DNA from: Tubulanus polymorphus | Lineage: Eukaryota > Animalia > Nemertea | Assembly (NCBI RefSeq): GCF_964204645.1 | Contig: NC_134026.1 | Span: 11,865,950 to 11,929,949 of the forward strand | Direction: 5' to 3' | Length of the DNA stretch: 64,000 bases | In this document: piece by piece, positions 40,374-52,377 of the stretch | Position numbering within the stretch: position 1 is the first letter of the stretch | Layout: each line of letters begins with the position of its first letter | The notes under the pieces: generated by a model | Databases searched by the model: none | Told to the model about the DNA's origin: nothing | What the model saw: only the letters and a program-made list of their open reading frames with translations | Made by a program: the position numbers and the translations under genes

Positions 40374-41489
40374 ATCTACGTACCCTAGTTACATCATCTG
40401 CCCCAAAAACTAGCCCGATCAGAATCGAGATGGCCGACTGGTAGCAATTATTGTTCACCAAAATCAGCACTTTTTATACATTTTTGAAGTTTTCAAGGGA
40501 AATTTTCAAAACGCAATCAATTATCCTGATCTTTTGCATATGTTTGTATCTCCCCATGGTGCACCAGCGAAACATAAATCTGTTCGATCGGACGCAAGAT
40601 GGCCGTCATGTGACCTGTTTGTGCCCAAAAGGTCATTTTTGCCCAAAATTCCGAGACCTTTAGCTCCCGAATACTTGGCCATTTATTTATTTTTGGATAA
40701 TACGAATGACTTAAAATATCCTCGGAACTTGCGAGCATCAGGGTAAAGGGAGCCTGTCGAATTTCTGCAATGAACAGTTAAATTAATTCTTAATTACTTC
40801 TGTGAATTAGAATCAGTAGTCAGAGACAAACTAGGGGGTACTTTAATCAAAACAATAGTGAATACTAGTTGAGTCACTATCATTATATAGGGTGCCATAG
40901 AATAAGGGAAGGGAATAGATAACCGAAGGGTAAATCACGTGTTATATTTAACCAGTTTGCAAAGGAATTTGGATACAAGTTTACTATGGGGAGAAAAACC
41001 ATGGTTAAGATTTACTCAAAAATTTTCAATTATTGATACAGATTCTAAAATCGTTGGAAGTACAAAACCTATGGCACTATGCGATTCATAAAACAATCTC
41101 ATAAACCGTGCAATTAGGGTTTTCTGACTCTCGTCGAAAACTTACTTGTAATTCTGCTGATTATTATTTCTTTTTCCCTTTCCAGCCTATAATTTTTTAA
41201 ATGCATTCGTCGAATTAATCTCGAAATACAGAGACCTTAACCCTAAAACTGCCGCTCCCGAGATAGTCGGGAGCGTAATTTCACCCCAAACTGCCGCTCC
41301 CGAAATAGTCGGGAGCTGAATGAATATCACTAGGAAGTGTCTGCACCTGGCGGATATTGATAGAACTATATCGGTAGTACAGACACAAACTTAACTTCAA
41401 GGTCGTAGTTTTTATAGAAAAATTTTACGCTTTTACTTAAAATTTACGCTTAGAAAATGACTTGATGTGTAATAACAAGTGTGCTTATT

Positions 41490-43292
41490 GCACTAACAAC
41501 CGAGTTAACATCAGAAATAAACTGCCCACCCGGTGTTGGTGTTAACAACGAATGTAAGTGTGATCAACGGTGTTAGTGTTCAAGGTAGTGTTAGTGTTAC
41601 ACATTAACACTGACCTTAATATCAAGGCAGTGTTATCTTGGTGAAAATTTTAATGGGTTTTCAATTGCAACTAACACTTACCTCTAGGCGTTAACACCGA
41701 CGTCAGTTTATGGCTCTAACAAAGTGTTAGCAGCCATTTTCTTCTGAAATTTTGCGGGTGAAACAAAATGATCTTTGTTCCATTTCAAGAAGTTGTTGCT
41801 GGTATTTTAAATGTTAGGCCACACAAAGAAATACCCTAGTTTCTCATCAGATTTTTTTCTGGAAAGTGACGAGGGCGGGCGAATTTTATTTTTATTACTT
41901 TTTTTAAATAAAAAAGTTGAAATAAAAAGCTCAACCTGACACTTATAGAACAGACGCAGGAGGGAACTTTTTTTATATAAAATAAGGCTCTATCGACTCA
42001 TTTGATCGAAACTGAGACAATCATTTTTGCTATTTTCACGCTTCCTCGAAATGAAGTAAAAGGAAACGAACCTGGCGATGTTTTTGTCATCGTAAATGTG
42101 GATTACCAGTACTTGGAGGATGAGCATATAAACGCCAGCAGAAAAAAACCAATGCCGTATGCTATATAGCTATGTGGGCGAGTGGGTTTTGATTTTTATA
42201 AAAAAAAGACGATTTGATGCTTTGCCGACGCGGGCGAGCGCATTCGTGTTTTTAATTTTTATTAGGGACTTTTTTCATGACGCGGGCGGCATTTGACTTT
42301 CTTGAGAAACTAGGGTATTTCTTTGTATGGCCTTAGAGGGCCAAATCTTGTTCGTCGAGCTGCCTTCAGCACAGAGCGACCAGAGAAACACTTAAGATTG
42401 TTAGAATTTCAATTGCAGCAGATATCTGTTGAATTTCATAACCACAGGGTTGCAAATGGATTACAAGGTGCCTCCTTTCTATCCTCACAAAGACGAATGG
42501 ACATTTTTTTGTCATACCTTGCTTCAGGAGGCTATTATAGGCAGCATGCCTACAGTTACGGTCTGGCCACTTGTTCACAAACCTCAGCTAACCGGCCATG
42601 CTTTTTTAAAGCTAAGAACTATTTGTGTCTTTCAATCATACCATTCAGTACCTTCTCCATTTTGGCGGTTGTCCAATTAAATCTCTTTGATGCATTCATA
42701 CTAAAATCTAAATAAAAGCACTTTTTCTGAAGTTAACATTTAGTTGTTCTTGATTATTTAACCTGGCCTAATAGGTTGAAGTCACATTCCTTAGAAGGAG
42801 GCTGGGCATACCTTTTCTCAAAACGAAATCCCCCGAAATATGTATAAGGTGTAGCATGCAGTAACTACAAAGAATGTTCCTGCTCAGCTGTAGGCTAGGT
42901 GATAGGTGTATGAGATGTGACTGCAGTGCATGCATGCAGTGAAGAGATTCAAGGAATCATGTTTCCAGGAAACTCACGAGCTGCTGGTCACAGTACTGAT
43001 TGATCACTGGCGTTGTTTTTTTGTTATGGAAAAACATGCCTAGATTGGTGAAATAAGATTTTTATTTACCTTCTGCCACTGATGATATTAATCCCTCCTT
43101 GATGATAAAATCAGGCTGATCTTGACACTAACAACGGTGTTAACATCAGTGTTAACACCAACACCAGTATTAACATCAGTGTTAACACCAAGACCAGTGT
43201 TAGTGTTAACACCACACCGGTTGTTAAGGGGTAGATATTAACACTTACACTAACAACCAACACTAACACCAACACCGACTTTAAAATCACCC
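41490..43292. mobile_element. Internally deleted PIF/Harbinger-like transposon
   Basis: GTGTTA/TAACAC subterminal repeats at both ends. + strand transposase N-terminus (SQRRMDIFLSYLASGGYYRQHAYSYGLA). Converging - strand Myb/SANT-like start MNASKRFNWTTAKMEKVL. Confidence 0.65.
41817..42332. mobile_element. MITE with TTA target duplication (Zator or Harbinger type)
   Basis: TIR GGCCA(C/T)ACAAAGAAATACCCTAGTTTCTCA; TTA on both sides; removal restores the frame ..ILNVRGPNL.. Confidence 0.85.
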
Positions 43293-44183
43293 ATCTGAGA
43301 ACATCTGATTTTCAAAGTTTTCTTGGGGGCCCCTTGGAGACATAGCGCCTACGGTGCTCGTCTCGGATTGTGCGCCTCGGGCGCAATTATAGTTTAGGGG
43401 TTCTTCTCAGTTCAAGTACCCCCTATCCCAGATTTCTAGATCCGCGTATTCACTCAACCACTTAACGGACCACTTCAACGGAGGCCATTGCGCATTAACC
43501 GGCAAATGTTTGTCACCGAATGGCGTCACAATTCAAATATCGGTCGCCCCGCCAGAAGGGTGTATGATATTCCCACTCCCTGTCGTGCGGACATACCTAC
43601 AACAGAAATGTATATAGAAACGGGTGGAAACCAGGACTACCGAAGCGATGGCACCAAACGGAATAACTATTCTGAATTCTTACCTCTCCGATTTAGGATT
43701 GCCCTCGCTGAACTAAAAAATATTGGACTCTGTTCGTATTTATAAAGCCGATAAAGGTGGTAAAATTGTTCTGTTAGATATCTGCGACTACAATCACAAA
43801 ATGTTCTCCCTGCTCGGTGATTCCAATGTAATACAAACCATTAAAATCCAATCCTCTTTCTCGGATGCAAGCTTCATTCAACAAGAATCTTTCTGATATT
43901 ATGAAACGTTTCCCGGATTCTAAAGACATTCTTTTGAAATTCCAATCTCGCCTTCCGTCTCTCCCATATATTTAACGGGCTGCCTAAAATTCACAAACAA
44001 GATGTTCCCCTGCGCCCTATCGTATCGAACTGTAACTCTCCCTCTTATCGCTTATCCAAATTTTTGGCTAAACAATTATCCCCGGTTCTTGGATCTTTTT
44101 CCCCCTCGCACGTACGGCACAACCAAGATTTACTTGAACGTTTAAGAAACATTATTCCTGGTAATGATAAATTCATCTCGTTC

Positions 44184-45486
44184 TATACGGGGGTAGGGTT
44201 GTAAATTTCTATAGCGCCTTGTAAATAGCAGGGCTATTATCAAAGGCGCTCTTCAGACGAAGATGGTGACATGAACAGAAATGTCTTGAGCTGTGCTTTG
44301 AATGCTGGTAGAGAGTCAATATCACGGAGAGGTTGCGGAAGGGAGTTCCACACTGTAGGTGCATATGTCTCAAATGCGCGTCCGCCGAATGACTTAAGAC
44401 CTCATGATCTGACTAACAAAAGGTTCTGCGACCCGGAACGAAGTGTTCGGACTGGTCTGTAAACTGTTAACAGGCTGGAGAGGTAAGAGGGTGCCAAGTT
44501 ATGGAGGCACTTTATAACCAGCAAAGCGACTTTAAATAAGATCCTTCGGCGTACTGGTAGCCAATGAAGTGAACGGAGAATCGGAGAGATGTGATCACGT
44601 GACTTAGTGAGTGTAATAATCCTAGCAGCTCTATTTTGCACAAGTTGGAGTCTATGAAGAAGATAATCACTGATATCATACAAGCAGCTATTGCAATAGT
44701 CTAATCGCGACAGAACTAAAGACTGCGTTAACATTTTTGCTGAGTTCTGCGTGAGGAAGCGACGAGCAGAACCAATAATCCTAAGATGAAACGAGGCGGA
44801 ACGAGCCACGCTTTTGACTAGGCTGTCCATGGAGAGGGACGAATCAAACATCACACCTAAGTTTCTCACCGGTACTTTCTGCACTGGGATAAAGGCGCCG
44901 CCGACATTTAGAGGTGGTATGTGAATTAACAAACTCTGCTTAGTTCCAACGAGAAGGGCCTCGAACTTATCCGGATTACACATGAGTTTATTTCCAAAGA
45001 GCCATGAATGAACCCTGTTCAAGGTGTCCTGGAGTTCTTTAAACTGCTGGGATAGATCCGCATCAAATTTGCAAGACAAGGCAACATACGTTTGTTTGTC
45101 ATCTGCAAGGCCATGTCGCTTTACAATATCACTAGTAAACAGATGCATAAGCGGCAATACATAGACAAGGAACAGAAGGGGGCCAAGGACCGAGCCCTGG
45201 GGTACACCACAGTCCAGCACCTTTGGGTTTGATCGACAACCATCAATAACCACCGCTTGTGTGCGCTCACTCAAATAGGATCGAAACCAACTAAGTGCAC
45301 TACCAGATATTCCAAGAAGACTCTCCATGGGAGTGAGGAGAATGTCATGATCCACATTCTCGAAAGCAGCACTTAAGTCGAGGAGCACAAGTAGAGCACA
45401 GCCATGACTGTCCACCATACACCTGAGATCATTCTGAACCCTGAGTATTGCTGTTTCGGTGCTATGATTACGCTTATAGGCTGACT
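44184..45486 (-). mobile_element. 5'-truncated L2-clade LINE inserted in the Penelope RT
   Basis: ORF 44402-45418: LLDLSAAF, GVPQGSVLGPLLF, LADD, SRLDYCNS, LHWLPV. 3' stem AGCGCCTT..AAGGCGCT. GTTC on both sides. Confidence 0.92.
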
Positions 45487-46902
45487 GTTCGACGCTAGCA
45501 CTCAGTTTACCAATGTCCCACTCGTGCCTACCTTGGATTTTCTCAAACGTAAACTACACATGTTAGACTTCAAATTTGCACTCAGAACTCCCTTTTCAGT
45601 TTTAATAATTCATATTTTGAACAGGTCTTTGGCATGTCCATGGGGAACCCCTTAGCCCCATTTTAGCAAATTTATTTCTCGAACATGTTGAAACTGAATT
45701 ATTACCTCTCTAAATTAGCACCCCCCCCCCTCCTAAACTTTGGTTACGATATGTTGATGACGTTCTTGCGCTAATTCCTTGCGATTTTGATGTTGATTTA
45801 TTGCTCTCATTCATTATCTCTTTTTACCCCTCGTTGAACTTCACATTTGAATTGGAAGTTGATGGAAAAATCCCATTTTTAGATGTGTGCATTCATAATT
45901 ATATGTCGTGTTTGAAAATCTCAGTTTATAGGAAACCCACTCATTCTGGATCCTACTTGCATTATTTTTCCTTTACCACCTATAGCATAAAACTCGGTGT
46001 TGCTCAGGGATTATTTCTTCGTGCTTTTAGGATTTGCGACCCCTTTTTTCTCGATGATGAACTCACCCAGATCAGGAATTCCCTTAATAAGTTAGCTTAT
46101 CCTAACGACCTTTTGAATAAAGCTCTTTTTCGAGCCCGTCGCACCCATTTTTGTAATTTTCGAGTTTCGCGCCCTCAGAAACAGCCCATCGTCGTACCTT
46201 TAGTTCCTCTTTTGGAAAAATCAAAAAACCCCATTCATCTCCTTAACAAACAGCTCGTTTTCACTTACAATAATAAACTTAGTCATAACTTAACTCACAA
46301 TTCCTGCAAAACGGAACCTTTGAACTATGGTGTATACACGTGAATTGAACAGCGCCTTAGAGAACATAAAAATGACGTAACAAATTTCAAACCCGAGAGT
46401 GGAGTAGCTAATCACGTTTATGAAATTAGTCACATTTTTGATTTTGATAATGCCGCTATAATCTTTCCCTGTCCCGATAAAACCAAACGTCACATTATGG
46501 AATCTGCCCTTATTATTGAAAATATGGATAAATGTGTTAATTTGAATAACGGTTTTTCTCCTCACAATATTTTGAATCCAATATTTTGATCTCTAAATTC
46601 CTCGCTTCACTTGTACCCCGATTATTCTAATTCCGTTAGCTTGTTTTTCTCCGTTTGACACTTCCACTCACTCACTCCCTCACTCATTTCTTGATTATCC
46701 CTTTGATGATCTTGCCTTTTGTTTTTGTCTGGTTACCCCTTAGTTTGTCTGCGTTTGAACCCTCTGGACTTTGTTTTTAGATTACTGTAATCTCGCACTA
46801 CATCCCCTTAGTTTGTCGTTTGCCTTCTTTGTTTTCTTCCTTAGTGTTCCGGTTTTTGTTATTTAATTACTTTAATCTTAATCCTTTAATTTTTATCATT
46901 TG

Positions 46903-47293
46903 TACGGAAGCGATAAAGGGCCTCGAGTTGTCGCGTTCCAACTCGACAAGTCGCCATATTTATGTCGATATATCGCGTCAAGTCGACATGAATATGTCGA
47001 CATATCGTGACGTTTTCACGACAAATTTCGCTTTTTCGCCAATTTTCCACGGGACAAGCCGTCATTTGAAGACACGTCGAAATGTAAGATGAGGACGCCA
47101 GTGATATGACGACTGAGTTTCAAGTCGTCATGAATACGTCGACTTGTCGCAAGGAAAATGGTCGTGAAAACGAAATATGTCGTCAAAACGTCACGACATG
47201 TCGACATATTCATGTCGACTTGACGCGATATATCGACATATGGCGACTGTCGAGTTGGAACGCGATAACTCGAGGCCCTTTATCGCTTCCGTA
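46903..47293. mobile_element. Palindromic MITE, IS3EU-like
   Basis: Long inverted arms starting TACGGAAGCGATAAAGGGCCTCGAG; 6-bp TSD CATTTG at 46897-46902 and 47294-47299; TAY..RTA termini. Confidence 0.85.
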
Positions 47294-47345
47294 CATTTGT
47301 CATATTTTTGTATAAATATCCTGTTATTTGATTTTGTTCTCAGTA

Positions 47346-47388
47346 CGCCTGATGACGGCGGCTAACAGTTGTTAGCCGAAACGTCGCT
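47346..47388 (+). ncRNA. Minimal hammerhead-ribozyme-like motif in the Penelope pLTR
   Basis: CTGATGA (47349-47355), CGGC, stem GGCTAAC-AGTT-GTTAGCC, GAAA, C-GTC. Stem I is weak. Confidence 0.6.
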
Positions 47389-49617
47389 CCTCAAATACAA
47401 TCATTCTGATATAGAATTTTTCAATCTTGGCTTTGTTATTGTGGGATTTCTCTCGTCATCATCATACACGGATATTGTGTATCTTCTCGGCTAATGATGG
47501 CACCAAACACTCCGCCATAAAACCCTAAAACTAACATCCCAAGACACGAATACCCCCATTACCACACACAGTAGAAAACCAAAGGCGACAGCCCCAAACT
47601 GTACAAAGGAAGACACAGTTCGACACGAAGTACACGGTCACAGAACAAAGCTAAGCACTGTGAACCACTACAAAACCAAAGCCAAACTGATTTCTTCCGT
47701 ATGTCCGCAGCGCCACGTGGCGAGAATACCGCATAATGCGCTGAGTAAAAAAGCATTCGAAATATCGATTCCAAATATGTTTGGTCTTTTCGACGATAGT
47801 GTTACTTTGACTCAAATCGCTATCTGATGTCTATATACCGTACGTAAACGATAATGAGTTTGGTTGTCTCTCAGATGCATTAAACTCGTTAGCATTGATT
47901 CCTGCCGCCCATCCAGTAGCGATGAATGTGCGACACCGCCAATCCACCGTACTGTTGAAACGTCGATCTTGGAACGAAGGTTCTGATGATCGCTTGCGAT
48001 AATGGGGATTGCCCTAAACGATCTGTTGGCCGCGCAGATTAAGGCTACGCGCGTGGAGTAGGGAGGCGACTGTTTGGAGGAGAGCATGTTTCAATATTGA
48101 TACGACATAGGTTTCCTTACACGCGAGGAACATATTCTATATATTTTTATTACTACCGGTACCGTACTTATTTTCCTGAGAGTCTCCTTGCCGCGAATTT
48201 ATTTTTCACAAGTGACCCGCGCATGCGCAGTAATGAAACTTGCGGCTATTGGATGATCCCAGAAGGGCCAGAGTTAGGTTAGGATTGGAGTAGGCTTAGG
48301 TTTAGGATGAGGGTTTTAAAGGGAAAAGACAATAGGTAAAACATGTAAATATAGTAAAAAATTGCTTAGCCGGTACTCGAGCAGTGCGTGCATGTTCAAA
48401 TCCCATTTTTGAAATCAACATCGAATTTTCTAAGACGACTAAACATACTGAAAAACTGAAAAAGACAATACCGGGTAATCTAAGAACTATTTTGAGATTT
48501 CCTGTAAACATATTATTTGATGATATCTTTAACTGCTGAAAAGTGAACCATTGTTTCGTTGACTTTTCGATGAATATAGCAGTGATAGCTATTACTGCTG
48601 TAAGTCTTTGATGGATCCATGCAGCCATATTCTGAATTCTTATCAAAATTGCATTACGTATTGCTGTGACAGAACTAGACGTTTTTAGAAATAATGATTT
48701 AGATTGACCTGACCTATACATTAGTAGGCCTTCGTAACTTGGGTTTTATTTTCTTAAGGTAATGATGGGCAATTTATCAGTCGATTTTCTGTTCAACTCA
48801 TGCAGTGAATCCAACGGTGATTCTAAACAATAGTTGACAATTGTTATACAATTTGACTAATAAAAAGTTTTATTTTTGATGCAGTAATTGTTTATTTCTT
48901 TAAGTAAGGTTACGTGTTTTTCTTTCGAGTATAGGTTCAGTCTTTTCATTCCATGCTAGACCTCGTGGGTTTATTATTGTAATTGTTTACGTCTAGCGAA
49001 AGATATGGTCTGCGCACGCGCCGTTCTCTTGAGAAAAATAGATTCGCCTCCTTGTCGTATTTACTAACCGAATACGGCCGTGTGGCAAACGCCTTTTACG
49101 TGACTATGACTGCGCTACCCTGTTTATGTCGCGGACCCTTAACCGCCTACTAATCCATTTGTTTGGTATATTTGGGTTGCGAAAAAAACTATAAATCTAA
49201 ACGTGTTTTTAATTATTAGGCCTACTCTCAGTTGTCTGTACGACACGGATTGACAAATATTTTTGGGACATCACTGAATTTTCACCAAAAATAATGTTAT
49301 AAAAAACACAGGCTTACCGATAAGCATTTCATTAAACCCACAAAACGTGTTTTCTTAAAGGGAAAAATTCTCGATTTTGTTTTTCAATGAATTTTTGCGG
49401 GACATTAAAGTTTGTCTGGTGCGATGTTAGAAAACACAGGCCTCTGTATAGGCCTACTGATTCTTATTGAAAAATTGAACATTTTCTATCATCAAGGGTC
49501 TTTGGCATATGTAAATTTCTTACCGTTACTGAACAAGTTTTTCTGCCGGTGCCGAAATTCAATATCCATTTTGGGACGTAAAACAGCTTTTTGGAGAATA
49601 ACCCTTACTTTGTAAAA

Positions 49618-50660
49618 CGATAACCACACTCAAACGTGGTGAACGGATAATAAGATAAAATCCCACTATTTACAGTTTAAAAGAATTTAAAAACCGCGGC
49701 GAAACCAATTCTCCCATCATATCGGCTCTCCAAATATCTGGCTAAAGTACTCTCTTCGGCTTTGGATACTTTTTCTGATTCTCACATTCGGCACAATATG
49801 GATCTTTTAGACAAACTCAAAAATCTCAAACCTAATGGACAAAAATTTATTTCTTTCGACGCTGTTTCCTTGTTCACAAATATACCATTGGAACCAACTC
49901 TCAATTTCTTAAGAAGAAAACTCCCGGACTCCAATCTTGATCTCCCAATTCCCGTAGAATGTTTACTTGAACTTTTGGAACTCTGTACAACCAATCTATA
50001 TTTCCAATTCAAAGACAAATTCTATGGACAAATTTTCGGTTCCGCTATGGGTAACCCATTATCCCCCATTTTGGCTAATCTTTTCCTTGAACACTTTGAA
50101 TCCGAAATTCTCCCTAAGTACGCTGGTTCTAAACCCAACTTTTGGATTAGATATGTTGATGACATTCTGTGCTTAGTTTCTGATAATTTTGATCTTACCT
50201 CTTTTATCGACTTCATCAACTCCCAATATCCATCTTTGAAATTCACTTTTGAATGGGAACAAAATGACCAAATTCCGATTTTAGATGTTCTAATTCAAAA
50301 TAAATTTTCTCATTTGATATTCTCAGTCTACCGTAAACCTATCAACGGCCGAGGCATACCTTCACTTCTTTTCGTTTACTGCTAAATCTATCAAAATTTG
50401 TCTCTCAAGGCCTCTTTCTCCGTGCACTACGGATCTGCGATGAAACCTTCCTTTCGGCTGAATTTGAACATATATCCAACTCTCTTAGAAAATTGGCTTA
50501 CCCTGATCACATTTTGAAAATCGCTATTTCTAAGGCTAAACGTACTTTCTTCAATTCTAAACCTCCAGAAAATAAAAAACACATTTCAGAGTTCATTGTA
50601 GTTCCGTATGTACCTGTTTTGGAAAAGTTTCGTCACTCTCTCCCTTTATTGGAAAAAATT
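49618..50660 (+). mobile_element. Second Penelope-like RT fragment with an inverted pLTR piece at its 5' end
   Basis: ORF 49762-50385: FISFDAVSLFTNIP, GSAMGNPLSP, WIRYVDD, IPILDV, VYRKP. 49618-49694 matches 1237-1313. Confidence 0.9.
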
Positions 50661-50742
50661 AATTGTAAAAGTGGGGTTTCAGATCAGAGGGCGAGAGGGC
50701 GAAACACCACTCATCACCACAAGTAATTTTTTTTCCTAATAA

Positions 50743-51069
50743 ATGGGAGATAGAAAAGCATTCTTAGCAACAATAAATAACAGAATTAAACCAGCAAAAA
50801 AACAATTTGAAATAAAAAAGTTAGTCGATGTTACAAAAGAAATTGAACATAAAATATTGAAATTAGAAAAGATAAAAACTAAATATGGAGAGAAAGTATC
50901 AGCGAATTTAAGCTACTGTAATGTTAGTACATCGCGAGAATTTAAAGTGTTTTTACCTGATAAATGGGTTTCATTGAGTACAGAGGAATTAAAAGATTTA
51001 GAAGGATTTAAAATAATCTATCATGGAAAAAATGAAGACGGTCATCATGATTTAGAAATTGTTGATTAA
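50743..51069 (+). CDS. Intact 108-aa virus-like hypothetical protein, possibly OB-fold
   Basis: AT-rich intronless ORF with T-run plus TAAATG start; KTKYG..FKVFLP..IIYHG beta-rich pattern. Confidence 0.65.
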   Translation: MGDRKAFLATINNRIKPAKKQFEIKKLVDVTKEIEHKILKLEKIKTKYGEKVSANLSYCNVSTSREFKVFLPDKWVSLSTEELKDLEGFKIIYHGKNEDGHHDLEIVD

Positions 51070-52065
51070 ATAAGAAATAAAAATAATGAATATCTAGAAT
51101 CCAAAATGACCTTAGTCGTTTTATAAACAACTACAATCATACAGTCAAACATCTGTTACATGTTATTATAAGAGAGTGCTTCATTTGAATATTGATCAAT
51201 CAAACAGGTGTTGCACAACGTTGTTGTTATATTGGATAGCTAGCAGTTATATAATAAGCACGCAGTACATACAACACACACCAGTACATACAACACACAC
51301 AGGACAGGAGGATAGTCATTCTCTCTCGTGATTAAAAGGAATATTTCAATGTTTTTACGGTAAGTTTTAGCAAAACCACCCGACTTAACTCGAACTCGCA
51401 GAGTTTTAAGGGGATAAGCATCCCGTTATTGAGAGGCGCCACGAGATACCTATCCCCAAGCATTTCTACTTACACCCCTGTGACCCACACCTCGCCAATT
51501 CTCCTTCAATGGTTGACAGGAAACACATTATATTAAAGGCGCTTAATGCATTTCCTATCAACCCCTTACCCCCGAAAGGAGGATCGAAAGTCGAAACTGA
51601 AGGAGAACCACGGAGGGTGGACAAAGGTGCATTTTCGAAATGCCCCTGCAAGCCAAGCCCGGCGGCACTCCAGTGGTCGAATGAATTGCCTTATATACTT
51701 AGCTAAAACACCTAAGTAAATGTTGTTGGTGCTAAAAAAATATATGAAATTTGAAATTATAAATTATTCCGAATGAAAAGAATATAAGAATGAAAACTGA
51801 TAAATGAATTATGGATTTTTAACTTAATTAAGATATAATTTTTAATGAAATTAGTAATCGATTACCATGTTAATTGATTAACAAATTCAAATTCAAATAA
51901 TTCGATTTAGCATCACACCCCACCCAGTGCTGCCATCTTTCAATTTAAGAAAAAACTAATAATAAGAAACGACTGTAATACAATATTCAAGTAAAAACAA
52001 AATAAAATATAGCTGCAAAGCAGCGATAAAGGGTTTTCTGCACAGTCTTAGAATCCTGTTCAACG

Positions 52066-52310
52066 GTGGATTTCAACAAAGCATTTGATAAGGCTCAACA
52101 TCAGCCATTACTGAACAGGCTATTAGGAAACAGTATCAATGATAGGTCGCCCAAATGGCACAGCAGTTATCTCTGAACAGAAACTTGTAACCGAAATCAA
52201 CGGAACGCCTCATCTTGGATTGAGACGGTCTAACTAGTGGAGTCACGCAAGGTAGTATCCTAAGTCGTCTTCTGTTTAATGTCCTGACAAATGACATACA
52301 CAGTAATCCA
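52066..52310 (+). pseudogene. Short degenerate LINE RT fragment
   Basis: VDFNKAFDK..TSGVTQGSILSRLLFNVLTNDI. Confidence 0.7.
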
Positions 52311-52377
52311 AAATATACCAGACCGAGTAAATTTCCAAAACAACCTTAACACACTGTTCGACCAAAAACTTAATGTT

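Larger units (their letters stand above)
43600..47400 (+). mobile_element. Penelope-like retroelement (RT plus partly deleted GIY-YIG plus pLTR), frameshifted, with two nested insertions
   Basis: KADKG, GLPKIHK..PLRPIVS, FISF|DA..FTNVP, GMSMGNPLAP, WLRYVDD, IPFLDV, VYRKPTHSG.YLH, GVY..QRLREHK..MESALI. Confidence 0.9.

Noticed and set aside
48302-48721. 139-aa minus-strand ORF
   Set aside because: No recognisable domain; it lies between weak inverted repeats and is probably MITE interior.
51400-51710. LTR retrotransposon PBS/gag start (TGGCGCC on the minus strand)
   Set aside because: No paired LTRs or gag motifs could be identified.
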